Shown in pieces: positions 48,146 through 59,645 of a stretch of 64,000 nt of DNA; the first letter of the stretch is position 1, and each line of letters starts with the position of its first letter. This DNA is from Vitrella brassicaformis CCMP3155. Taxonomy: Eukaryota > Protista > Chromerida. The stretch is taken from NCBI GenBank assembly GCA_001179505.1, contig CDMY01000656.1, positions 1 through 64,000 of the forward strand, in the 5' to 3' direction. Below the pieces are notes generated by a model. That model ran no database searches. It worked only from the letters and a program-made list of their open reading frames with translations, and was not told where the DNA came from. The position numbers were made by a program, and so were the translations under genes.

Positions 48146-50943
48146 TGTGTCTGCAGGTTTTGGCTGAAGCTGTTGAAGCGTCTGCCGTATGTGGCCACGC
48201 GGGCGTCGGCACAGCACGTCAGCATGATCGTGGGCGCGTTCGCAAGGCTCGACATCAGGTAGCCTGGCCTGTGACATTCATGGTAACATGCATACAATCT
48301 GTGTGTGTGTGTGTGTGTGTAGGGATGGGAACGCGCTGCTTCTGCTGGCGCGGGTGGCGTGCAACCGAATTGACGACTTCTCACAAGTAATGTGTGCTGT
48401 GTGAGATTCATTTATCAGTGTGTTTTATGTGTGCAGGAGATGCTGGCTGTGACTGTCAACGGGTTCGCCAAGCTGGACTTCAACCACCCCAAACTCAACA
48501 GATACTTCCAGTCGGCCGCCGACGCATACCTCGACAAAGTACGCAAGCATGGTTGTGTCTGCCACACACGCTCATCTGTGTGCATTTGTGTGTTTGTGTG
48601 ACATCAGGCTTTGGCAATGGAGTCGCCCGAAGACCAAGTGTCGGGCAGAAAGGTGTGTGGCCTGCATGTTTTGCGCACACACAGCCACTCAAGGGTGGAT
48701 GGATGGATGGATGGTGCCCTGCGCTGTGCTGTACTATGCCTGTGTGTGTGTGTCTGTCAGCACAACGTGTTTGACGTCCAGTCGCTCACGCTCATTCTCC
48801 ACTCGTGTGTCTGCCTCACTGGCGCACCCACAAAGGCACGTACACACACAAACACACACATGGCTGAATGGACACACACATCACGTCCCAACTGTATGAT
48901 GTATGTCTGCGTGCTGCAGCTGATAGAGAAGGCGCTGACGCTGCTGGCGCCGCACATGGACGACATCAACGGCTTCAAGCTCAAGAAACTCAAGCCGGTG
49001 GAAGTCACCCTCAGACTCATACACCCAGGTGTGTGGGTGGGGGGGGGAGGGTGCCTAAACCTGTGCCTGTGCCTGATAGCATGAAGTTGCCCCCGCGTGT
49101 GTGTGTGTGTGTCAAGAGTTCCGCGCGAAGCTCCCAAGGCCACTGAGGGACTTCCTGGACAAAATCAAAGAGGCAGAAATGAAAGTCCGCACACTCACAC
49201 GCACACGCACACGCACACACAGACGAAGAGGGTAGACATGTGTGTCGTCTGTCTGCAGGATGTCCGTGAGTACGGCAGCCGCTGGGCCTACGAGGTGGCG
49301 TGGACCTTCAAGCAGATGGGCGTCGAGATCGAGCGGCGCATCTTCGCCGACAGCTACTGCATGGACTTCTACCTCCCCCAACAGAAGGTCGTCATCACGT
49401 GTGCCGGTCCCTTCAGCTACTACCTCGACACCACACACCGCACCGCCTTCTCGAAGCTGCAGCAGCGGCTGCTGGAGGCACAGGGCTACAAGGTCTTCGT
49501 CCTGCCGTATTTCGAGTGGAACGAGCTGGCCACTCCGGAGGACAGAATGAGATACCTCTGGGCACTCGGTAAGGTTCCCCGCCCCCAACAGACAGGCAGA
49601 CACCGCAGTGTTGATCAGGTCGTAAGGCGGCAGCGTCGATCATTGAGGACACGGCTGATGTGGAGGGGCAGCAGCTGGGGGGCGTCGGGGAAGAGGTCTT
49701 CGGCAAGAGGGAAGACGACGACCAACAAAACACAGAGGTACGTGGGGCGACCCACCACGCCGCCTGTCTCATGCCTGTCTGCCTTGGTGTGCAGAGTTCG
49801 ATGCACCCGACCATTGTGGATGGCCTCAGTGATCTAAGCGACTTGAGCGACTGTAAGACAGCAGAGAAAGAGAGAGGGAGAGAGAGAGAGAGAGAGAGAC
49901 TTCTACACCCATCCATCCATCCATCCATCCATGGATGCATCTGTGTTTCTCCCTTCCTGATTCAGCCGGCGGCCTCTGGTCCGACAGCGAGGAGCCCCTC
50001 AACGCATCAGACAACGACGAGGCTGCCGGCACTGACGCCGACACCGACACCACCACATTCAAATCACTCACCAGGCAGCTCCGCGCATCAGCAGCCGAGG
50101 GAGACGACACGCAAGACGATACCGTTGATGCAGATGACTCCACAGACCGGCTATGGCACTCCCTCTCACGGAAGATCGAGAACACCCACGCAGTGTCTGT
50201 CAACAGCTCGACGGACTCACCATCACCACCATCTGCAGCCCGGCTGCCTGCCTTGTCGTCTCCATCGCGGCCGCCCCCCACCTCCCCATTCGCAGATGAG
50301 CCGGCAGCAGCAGACCCACAGCACCGGCGGAGGAATGGAGAGCGGCCGTTGAGTCCGAGCCGATTGGGCTCGATGTTCCTGGCCAGTGCGATGAAGACCG
50401 GCTCGCGAAGACGGGAGTGGCAAACCGCTACACAGGTTGATAGAGGATGTGGTGCTGGTGCCGGTGAGGGCGAGCCGGTTGATGCGGGTGACAGTGTGCC
50501 TGTGCGCGAGAGTGACGGGGACTCATCGGTGGAAGTTCGGACGGAGAGGCTGGACATCCCTGTGTCGAGATCCCTTGGTGAGTGACGAGCCCACACCACA
50601 CACCTCTCTCTTGTGTAGTGTACATCCGGCCCCGTGTGTGTGTGTGTGTCTGTTGGATCGATCAGCGTCCCAGCAGGAGCGGCTGCGTGTCGAACGGGAG
50701 CAGCAAGACAGTGACAGTGGCCCTTCCCAGCAGGAGCGTGAGTCGACAAAGGTGCCTCGCGGCCGCAGAGGCAGGAAAGCCATCGTCGGGGCGCTCGAGC
50801 AGCACTTCAAGGCAAGCTAGCTACCAAACCACACCACAGACAAGCGGTCAATCCAGTGTGTGTGAGTGTGTGTGTCGCAGGAGCCGAAGATCGTGTTCGA
50901 TGGGTCGAAGTTCGTCCGAGTGTATGAAGGCACAACACAGTAG
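46502..50943 (+). CDS. RAP-domain protein with helical repeats (FASTK/HPR-like organellar RNA-binding protein)
   Basis: Repeats such as LYAFARV, VGAFARLD, VNGFAKLDF; RAP motif MDFYLP..GP..TAFSKLQQRLLEAQGYKVFVLPYFEW; basic, acid-free N-terminus. Confidence 0.85.
47055..47354. other. Assembly gap followed by poly-C
   Basis: N run within the RAP gene. Confidence 0.98.
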
Positions 50944-51599
50944 AGGGTGGTGTGGGTGCAATGTGGTATTTGCTGCGGGCACATGGCGAGTGATTGAATG
51001 TGTACAGCGTGTGGCCTGTGACAGAATGGATGAGACGGTACGCGTTCGATTGGTCGACACATTACTGCACAGTGCATGCGAATGGACTCCTCATGGACTT
51101 ATGTGACGTGCCCGGCGAGACCAGAAATCATCCGCCACACAGTGCTGTCTGTCTGGCCAGCGATGATGAGACACCGGCAGGGCCTCCCGAGCCGCCAAAC
51201 TTATTTCCCCTCCTTCGTCTATCATCGTCAGTTCGTGAGTTGGAAATGGCACTGTGCAGTGGGAAGATCCCGCTACCCCAATCCATCTTGGAAGGGATGG
51301 TTTGGTTTGCCTCAAACCCAGCTGAAAGTTAAGCATTTCATGAGAGACCGACGGACTCTGCCTGTTCGCCGGTGGACAGTAAAACTTCAGGAGTGAGACA
51401 GAACGGCTCCAACCAAAAAGTTTCCCCCCTCCTCAGCCGTGTGTCTCAGGCTCGCTCAGTCGCGTTGTCAGAGTGGCGAGAAAGGGGGAGCGGGGCGGGA
51501 CCCCCCCCCGCTGTGAACTGGGTGGTGAACCGTGTGAACCGGGGGAGCAGCAGCGGTTTCAGGAGGCACCCTAGGCGTGTGAACCGGGGCGGTTCACAG

Positions 51600-52271
51600 A
51601 TGTACAGAAATCTCGAGCACTTGGTCAGACCGCCATACGAGTGCCCTCTGGATCCGGGAAACCTTCGCTACTTCCAGTGGCGTTATGGCGACGACAGCAC
51701 ACCAACCCTCACCTTTGATCTGACTGGCTTCATCTCGGCGGGCTATTTCCGCACCGTTGGAGACTTGAAGACGAGTCTGTACAACGACAGGCTGCTTACG
51801 GGCGCCACTGGCCCCGGTGACGTGCAGTTCATCGGCCATGAGAACGCTCAGGACAGTGACGCCATCGAGAAGGAGTTCGGCGACGAGTAGGCGTGCATGA
51901 GTTTGGTTGACCAGAATGCACTGCTCCCGGCAGAACACTACATACTGTGTGGCTGACTTGTTTGTGTGTGTGCAGGGGCAAGAGTAAGGAGAATCCCTTC
52001 ATCGTGAAGCTGCTGCAGCCACTGCCGAAGCGTACGTTGCAAACACGGGGTGACATCGAGACACTCATTTATGCGCGGCGCCCGTGTGTGTGTGTGTGAC
52101 CCTCAGGATCCGAGGTCTTCTCGCCAAAGGAGCACGTCGACACACAAGAGACTGCTGCCAGACACCACAGCTCTCCTGAGGGCGGTGAGGCGTAGAAGGC
52201 TGCAGCCTTTTGCCGTGCGTGTGCGCATTGCATTCGTGACTGTTCTGTTTGTTTGCCAACCAGTGCAGTGA
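51600..52271 (+). CDS. Small uncharacterised spliced protein
   Basis: MYRNLEHLV..TVGDLKTSLY..EKEFGDE| then GKSKENPFIVKLLQP; coding-like composition and GT-AG junctions; no family securely recognised. Confidence 0.45.
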
Positions 52272-52404
52272 CCGACAGAGACATTTTATATGGCAAGTCA
52301 TTTCTTTGTTGGCGCGGGTGGCATGCATCCCATCCGGGGCTGACGTGACGTGACAGTATGGCATGTGTGTGACATGACGTGGGCGGGGCTCGTGGAACCT
52401 TTGT

Positions 52405-53501
52405 TCAATATGTCGCTTCACTCACGTACGTGTCCTCATTCAATGAGTATCTGTCCACCATCCATCCATCCATCAACCCGTTTGCGCCGCTGCGATGCGA
52501 CCGAGCCGAGCCGAGCTGGACAAATGTGCACATGACATGCACACGACACGCACAGCGAGTAGGTGCCATCACGGAAGACAGACCTGGCTATATACACACA
52601 CACACACATACTTAGATAGACACATCGATAGATAGATAGATATGCCTGAATGGCTATGCAGTGATGAGTGATGAAATGGATGGAATCTCTTTAGAGCAAT
52701 GCACGACGACAAAAACGGTCAAAGCATCAAACACACCTAGGTAGGTGAGGCGTATAGTGGATGATGGACACCTATAGCCAATACTCCAGATAGCACCCAC
52801 CGTCGCGTCAACACTTAAAACCGCGCCCCAGACCAACCGTCATTCCAACGACCAACTCATTCCTCGTCATCCTCGTCGATCGTGTGAATCTGCTCCACCC
52901 AGTGCCGAAGGTTGGGAAGCGTGTCAGAGTGCACCGCATCGCCATTGCAGTAGGGACATCGGTACTGCGGCAGCGGCAGCGGCTTGTCCTTCTTGCCCCT
53001 GGTGCGGTTGCGCTGCTGCACCCGCGCCACCTTCTGGTCGTGACGGGCCTTGTACTGCTGGTGGCAGTGCGCGCACAAACACAGATGCCTGCAGGGGACG
53101 AAGCCGAAGGTGGCCGGGCCGTGCTCGCCGTAACACACACAGCACTGGCCGCTTGGCTGAGGCTGAGTGGTGGGTGGGGCAGGGGCAGGGGCAGGGAGAG
53201 GGGGTGGAGGAGCCGACGAGCTGCTGGATGGGGGCTGCTGCGACGACTGCTGGCCGCTCATCTGGGCGAGCCTGAAATGGGAAACGTACACATCTTGGCA
53301 TTTGGTTCGTTTGGTGGTGCCTCTCGGCTGGCTCACTGTTGTCTCATGGCTTGCATCTCGAGCTGCATCTGCAGCATCAAGTGATACATATCGACCTGGC
53401 CCTCGGAAGACCTGCAGACACACAGCACACACACGATTGATTCTCCTCCTGGCACCTCTCTGTGCCGTGTTTCCCCACCCATCCATTGGCAGCAGACGGG
53501 A
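52405..53501 (-). repeat. Third copy of the RING-gene 3' end plus downstream flank (direct repeat of ~57521-58620; inverted relative to ~19470-20520)
   Basis: Near-identical sequence by eye; homology begins at caat..tgtcgcttcactcacg and ends at ccattggcagcagacgggat. Confidence 0.9.
52857..53501 (-). pseudogene. 5'-truncated copy of the RING E3 gene (last exons, RING intact)
   Basis: CCVCYGEHGPATFGFVPCRHLCLCAHC..CPYC..DEDDEE*; no upstream parental exons. Confidence 0.7.
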
Positions 53502-54075
53502 TAGAGAGTGTATCGTGTTGGTATTCATGTTGGTGTTCTTTCCATGCTTGGAACCACTCGGCAAAGGTCTTTCTGTCGCGAGACCGTCAGCCGAAGAGGG
53601 TTTAGCGAATCAAGAGCAACAGACAGACATTTCACGCACACGCACAATGGTTCGATACTACTGATGACATCTGTGAGTCTGTGTATGCGCCTGTGTTTTT
53701 TCTCGCCGTTTCTGACACTTTTGAACATGGTTTGTCAGCGGAAAGACCTTCCTCTATCACCATCATAACAAGCACACGAGATCGTCTCGTGATTCATCTG
53801 CTTTTCAGCCAGCACCTATGATTCATCTGCTTTTCAGCCAACAGCAGCACTCCACAGTCAGGCTGAGTGACGGCACGATGCGCAGCGAGAAAGGACAGCC
53901 ATGCATGTGAGGCATTTTCCAATCCATAGCCGGAAAGCAATGCATGTGTGTGCGCATGTCTGTGTGGTGGCCCGTATGTGTCCTGGTCCGTGTCTATGGT
54001 GAAGTGACGCGACCGATCGACCGACGGACGCACCCAGGGCCATTAAATACCATCCGTTATCCGTCCCATTCACCG

Positions 54076-57000
54076 AAAGTTGCCTGAGATTCTCCTGCCG
54101 TCAACATGCTGGCCCTCGTGCTCATCCTGTTGCCATTTTATTGCCTGAGCCACGACATTTCATCCAGTGAGGTTGATGCCTGCTACTGCAATGAGGGCGC
54201 CTGCGCAAACAACGTCTGCGACAACTGTCGCTTCGAGCACGGTAAAAGAGCGACGTTGCAGCTGCATGCTGGTCCAACTGACGTCTTTCTGTGCACTGCA
54301 GATGGCCGATACGTGTGCTTCAGCGGTTGGAGTGAGCAGCAGTGTCAGGGCAAGGGGTACTCATGGTGCGCGGGCAAGAAGCACGAGGACGACAAAGACG
54401 AGAAGCTGAAAGACCCCTGCTACTGCACCGAAGGCGCCTGCACCAACCAGAGGTGCGACAACTGCAACTACGCCTATGGGACGAACGGAGAGAGGAGGGC
54501 CTGCTACTACGGCTGGAGCCAATGGTACTGTGACATGCTCGGGTCGCCGTACCACTGGTGTGGAGAGGGGACCGAGGCAACTGTCGTGCCAACATGGGAG
54601 CCTGCAGAGCCGATCACCGAAGAGCCAACAGCCCCGCCGCAGAAACCGACGACGGCTGAGCCTACATCCGCAGAAACGACCACACGTCAGCCGGCTGTTT
54701 CTGCGAGACCCCCAGTGGCCACGACCCAGCAGCCAGGAACGACTGCGGGCCCTCCCGTGCCCACCACAGGCGGGCCGGCCCCGGCACCGAAGCCGCCGCT
54801 CGAAGGCGAAAAGCCGTCTGGTGCGGGGGGACACTCGCAGCCGCTCAGAGTGAGAGACAGGGAGGATGTGTGTGTGTGTGTATGTCTGTGTGGCAGGTGG
54901 TGCAAAGACGTCGATCGAGCGGGTGATGGCTTACTTCGGCAATGTACGCAGAGACACGGAAAGGGAGAGACACGACTTGGGCGCAGCGCACCTTGTGTGT
55001 GTTCGGTCCAGTGGGCCATCTATGACTCGATGCCGTATTCGCGGAATTTCAAGCCGTTCGACATGGAGCCCATCCTCGACGGCGTCACACACGTGCTTTA
55101 CGCATTCGCCGACCTTGACAAAGACTGCAAACTGGTGAGAGATCGACCAGAGAGAAGCGGTGTATATAACTGTCTGTGTCTCTGCGTGGGGTCGGTGTGG
55201 GCCACCTTCATGTCATGCAGCGCTACACCGATCCTAATGCTGACATCCAGACCGCCTACCAAGGGCAGTTCCCTGGCATGCCCTCGTGGAAGGAATCCGG
55301 TTAGCAACCTGATTGACTCACGAACAAGAGGCTGATCAACCGGTTGGTTCTATGCGTGGATGCCTGCATAGACATGGGCAACCTGAAAGCCTTTGAGATC
55401 CTCAAGCAGAAGCACCCTCCCCTCAAGTTCATCTACTCTGTCGGCGGCTGGTCCCTCTCCGCCCAGTTCTCCAAGTGCTCGGCCGACAAGGCTCTTCGCG
55501 AGAAGATGGTCGCCGATCACGTCAAATGGGTGGAAGATCATCCTATCGTTGACGGCAGGTGACTGCCCGTATGCACCTATTGGGGCGACATTCGCATTAT
55601 GTGCGTTGTTTCAATACAGGCCTTGACATCGATTGGGAGTATCCCACCTGCTGTGGTGACTGGATTCTCGGCGACCCCGCGGGTCTGAATGCGTGTGGCG
55701 CTAGGCAGACGGCGGATCCAACAGCCGACAGGCCGTCAAGGCCACTGGCGAGCCCACCTGCAGGAAAGATGTAAGGGTGGATGCACTCGACTGGCTGCAG
55801 TGATGGATAAGGCCGGTCTTCCTGTCTGCTCGCGTGTCTGCAGGACTGGAAAAACTACGTGCTCTACCTCAAAGAGCTCCGCGAGGCACTCGACGTGTCA
55901 GCAGAAAGAAGAATAGAGACACGGACACTTCGACAGCTTCCATGTCTGTCTCCTTCCTTACACACACACACATGCAGGAAGTTCCCAAATGATCACAAAG
56001 AGCTGTCGATAGCGGTCGGCATCACGCTGAAGATGCGCACCACAAATCCCGACGACCCGCTGGCCAAGGTCTACACTCAGCTGTGCGATGTGCTCGACTC
56101 GCTCAACCTCATGACCTACGACATCCATGGGTCCTGGGAGCGCACCACCAACTTCCAAGCGCCACTTCAGTACGTCTGTCTGTCAGATTAGTCAAGCAAC
56201 ACAGAGACACATGCCCATCTAGTTGTGTTGATTGGCAATGATTGCAGCTTCGACGAGAGGGACCCCTCCTTGGCTGAGTTCCGCCGCCTCACAATCGACG
56301 CCATCGTCAAGGAGTTCACGGACACCTACAAATGCCCACCCCACAAGGCACGCACGCACGCACGCAACTATCAAACGTCTGTCTGATTGGCTGCACTGAT
56401 GTGTCTGTGTCCCTTGTTCGCCTCTTTGGGTCTGCCGGCAGCTGTCCCTGGGACTTCCCCTGTATGGTCGCAGTTGGAACGGCGTGTCCCCAGGGCCCAA
56501 CAATGACGGCATGTACCAGCCGGCCACAGGAGCGCCCCGCCCGCCCAACAGCGGCCCAAAGCCATGGCCTGCAGGCGGCAAGGTCAGACATTGTGCGCGA
56601 CACGTGTGTGTGCCTGTTTGCATTGTCGCTCGGCCTTGTGCGTTGCTGCCTGCATGTCGCTCGTGTGCAGGGGAGTGAGCAGACGGGAGCGACGATTGAG
56701 CTGGGCCACATGTCAGTGTGGGACATCATCGACAACTATGAGGACAAGAACGGCTTCAAAAAGTACTACAACGAAGCCACACAGACTGCATACGTCTACA
56801 AGTCAGTGAAAGGGGGAGAAAACGGGAAAAGAGACACGCACACCATTGCCCAATGCTCGCGTGTCTGTCTCTCCTCGGCTATCTATTTACAGCCCCAACA
56901 CGAAGATTTGGGTTGGCTACGATGACGAAAAGGCCATTCTTGCTAAGGTAATCATTCGATCGACGCGTCGGCCATTTCATGCGGAGACAGAGACCAGTGC

Positions 57001-59604
57001 TGTACGGTCCATGTTGCAGATGCATTTGGCGCACTCTCATTCGCTGGGCGGCGTGTTTGTGTGGCTCATCGACGACGACCGGCACTTTGACGTCTGGAAC
57101 GAAATGCACAGATTCAGTAAGCCAAGCCAAACGGGATACACATGTCTCAATTGGCTTGGCTGTGAGTGCAGTGGTCTCCAAGAAAAAGGAAGGTGCATCT
57201 TCCCTGACAGAAGAGGCGTCAGCAGCCCACGAGACGGTTCATGTGCACGCTTCTGGTCTGATCCGCCGGCATGCTTTCGGACAGTAGGACGTACCTATGT
57301 GCTTAGGTGCGGTCGGTGAGTGCTCCATCTGTGTGTCTGGTGTCAGTAGGGCCTTTATTGTTTTTTTAGGCACAGCTGTCATGGATTGGAGTCAGGGGAA
57401 CAATCCGTGAATGCCCTGTGTGTGTCTCGAGCTCATTGGTGGCATGTGTGCGGCGTCTCTGACCGAGAGTCTCAGAGAAGCATCCCACGCAAGGCACACG
57501 GCAGGCTTAGATGTTCGTGTCAATTTGTCGCTTCACTCACGTACGTGTCCTCATCCAATAATATCTGTCCGCCATCCATCCATCCATCCATCAACCCGTT
57601 TGCGCCGCTGCGATGCGACCGAGCCGAGCCGAGCTAGACAAATGTGCACATGACATGCACACGACACGAACAGCGAGTAGGTGCCAGCACGGAAGACAGA
57701 CCTGGCTATATACACACAAACACACATACTTAGATAGACACATCGATAGATAGATAGATATGCCTGAATGGCTATGCAGTGATGAGTGATGAAATGGATG
57801 GAATCTCTATAGAGCAATGCACGACAAGACAAAAACGGTCAAGGCCTAATGGATGATGGACACCTATAGCCGATACTCCACAACAGCACCCGAAGTCACC
57901 TCAACACTTAAAACCGCGCCCCAGACCACCCGCAGCCCACCGTCCATCCACCGATCAACTCAACTCATCCCTCGTCGTCATCCTCGTTGATCGTGTGAAT
58001 CTGCTCCACCCACTGGCGCAGGTTAGGAAGCGTGTCAGAGTGCACCGCATCGCCATTGCAGTAGGGGCATCGGTATTGCGGCAGCGGCAGCGGTTTGTCC
58101 TTCTTGCCCCTGGTGCGGTTGCGCTGCTGCACCCGCGCCACTTTCTGGTCGTGACGGGCCTTGTACTGCTGGTGGCAATGCGCGCACAAACACAGATGCT
58201 TGCAGGGGACGAAGCCGAAGGTGGCCGGGCCGTGCTCGCCGTAACACGCGCAGCACTGGCCGCTTGGCTGAGGCTGAGTGGTGGGTGGGGCAGGGGCAGG
58301 GAGAGGGAGAGGGAGAGGGGGTGGAGGAGCCGACGAGCTGCTGGATGGGGGCTGCTGCGACGACTGCTGGCCACTCATCTGGGCGAGCCTGAAATGGGAA
58401 ACATACACATCTTGGCATTTGGTTCGTTTGCTGGTGCCTCTCGGCTGGCTCACTGTTGTCTCATGGCTTGCATCTCGAGCTGCATCTGCAGCATCAAGTG
58501 ATACATATCGACCTGTCCCTCAGAAGACCTGCAGACACACAGCACACACATGATTGACTCCTCCCCTGGCACCTCTCTGTGCCGTCTTCCCCCACTCACC
58601 CATTGGCAGCAGACGGGATGGATGCGCTGTTCGATGATGCCGCCGTTGCTGCTGCTTGTGCTGGTGGTGCTGGGGGATGGTACCCTCTGTCCTCATCCTC
58701 TTCCCATTCGAATATTGGCGGCGGGGGAGGCACATGCATGTCATCGTTATCGTCATTGGCGTCGTCGTCATGGAATGGGTCGGCCGACGAAGACGAGGGC
58801 CCCCCAGCAGCGGCAGCAGCAGCGGCAGGGACATCAGGAGAGCCACGCAAGGGCGATAGCAGTGGGAGAGGGGCGGTTGAGCCAGGCGGGGAGAGAGGAG
58901 GGGGAGGATCCGGTGGCAGCGGAGGGATGCCATCGAGGTCGCTGCTGAATGGGCCATCATGGCTCACGGGGGAGGGACTGCATGCACACCGAAAGACGAA
59001 TACCGCACTTCATGCGATGCACCTGTCCGCATACTTTGTCTCACGTACTGGGGATTGGCCGGTGGCTGCGATGACGACGGTGCTGGATCGGCCGACGAAG
59101 AAGAAGCAGAGAGACTGCACACAGACAGACAGACAGACAGATCAAAACGGACGGAACGGTGATCACACCGCACATATGAATGCCCGCCACAACCCATCTC
59201 ACCTCGGCCACTCGTCTTCGAATGCTTTCTGCTGCTGCTCCTGCTGGTGGTCGGCCGTGTTGACTGTCTTCAGCTCTTGGGGTGACGGAAGGGTGGAGCA
59301 AGGGGGAGGGGAGAGGGGTCGGGGAAGCGGATGCGGCTCGTCACCAAACAGCGACAGCGACATCAGGCAGCTGCCCGCACCACCACCACCGCTCCCCACG
59401 GACACAGGTGGGTGACAGGGGCGCTCCGGGACGGCAGGTGGGCCGCGAGCCATCGGTCCACTCCCACTGCCATGTGGGGGCTTGGGCGTGATCATCCCCT
59501 TGGCGAAGGGAGCCAGCGAACCTTGCCCGAATCGAGGAGGGGCCGCTGTTTGTTTCTTCTTGGTGCCGGTGTTGGTGCGGTGGTGCTGGTGCTCCGTCGC
59601 AGGG
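54076..59604 (+). repeat. Inverted segmental duplicate of ~18459-24206 (whole chitinase plus 3' half of the RING gene, introns retained)
   Basis: Colinear reverse-complement similarity; left junction aaagttgcctgag matches 24194-24206, right junction tccgtcgcaggg matches ~18459-18470. Confidence 0.95.
54106..57287 (+). pseudogene. Second GH18 chitinase copy with a 1-bp deletion just after the catalytic motif
   Basis: gctaggcag (55700-55708) versus gctgaggcag in copy 1; reading changes from NACGAEADDGS to NACGARQTADP..GKM*. Confidence 0.78.
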
Positions 59605-59645
59605 ACGCATCCAGGGCCATTAAATAACATCCGTCCGTCCATCAA
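57965..59645 (-). CDS. 5'-truncated RING E3 copy, fused in frame to an ATG-bearing repeat motif (chimeric gene or pseudogene)
   Basis: ORF 59199-59645 reads MMDGRMLFNGPGC-VPATEHQ.., rejoining the parental exon frame; downstream exons and RING are conserved. Confidence 0.55.
59608..59640. repeat. 33-bp motif catccagggccattaaataacatccgtccgtcc; also at 60646 and 63327, and diverged at 54031
   Basis: Direct reading of four copies. Confidence 0.92.
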
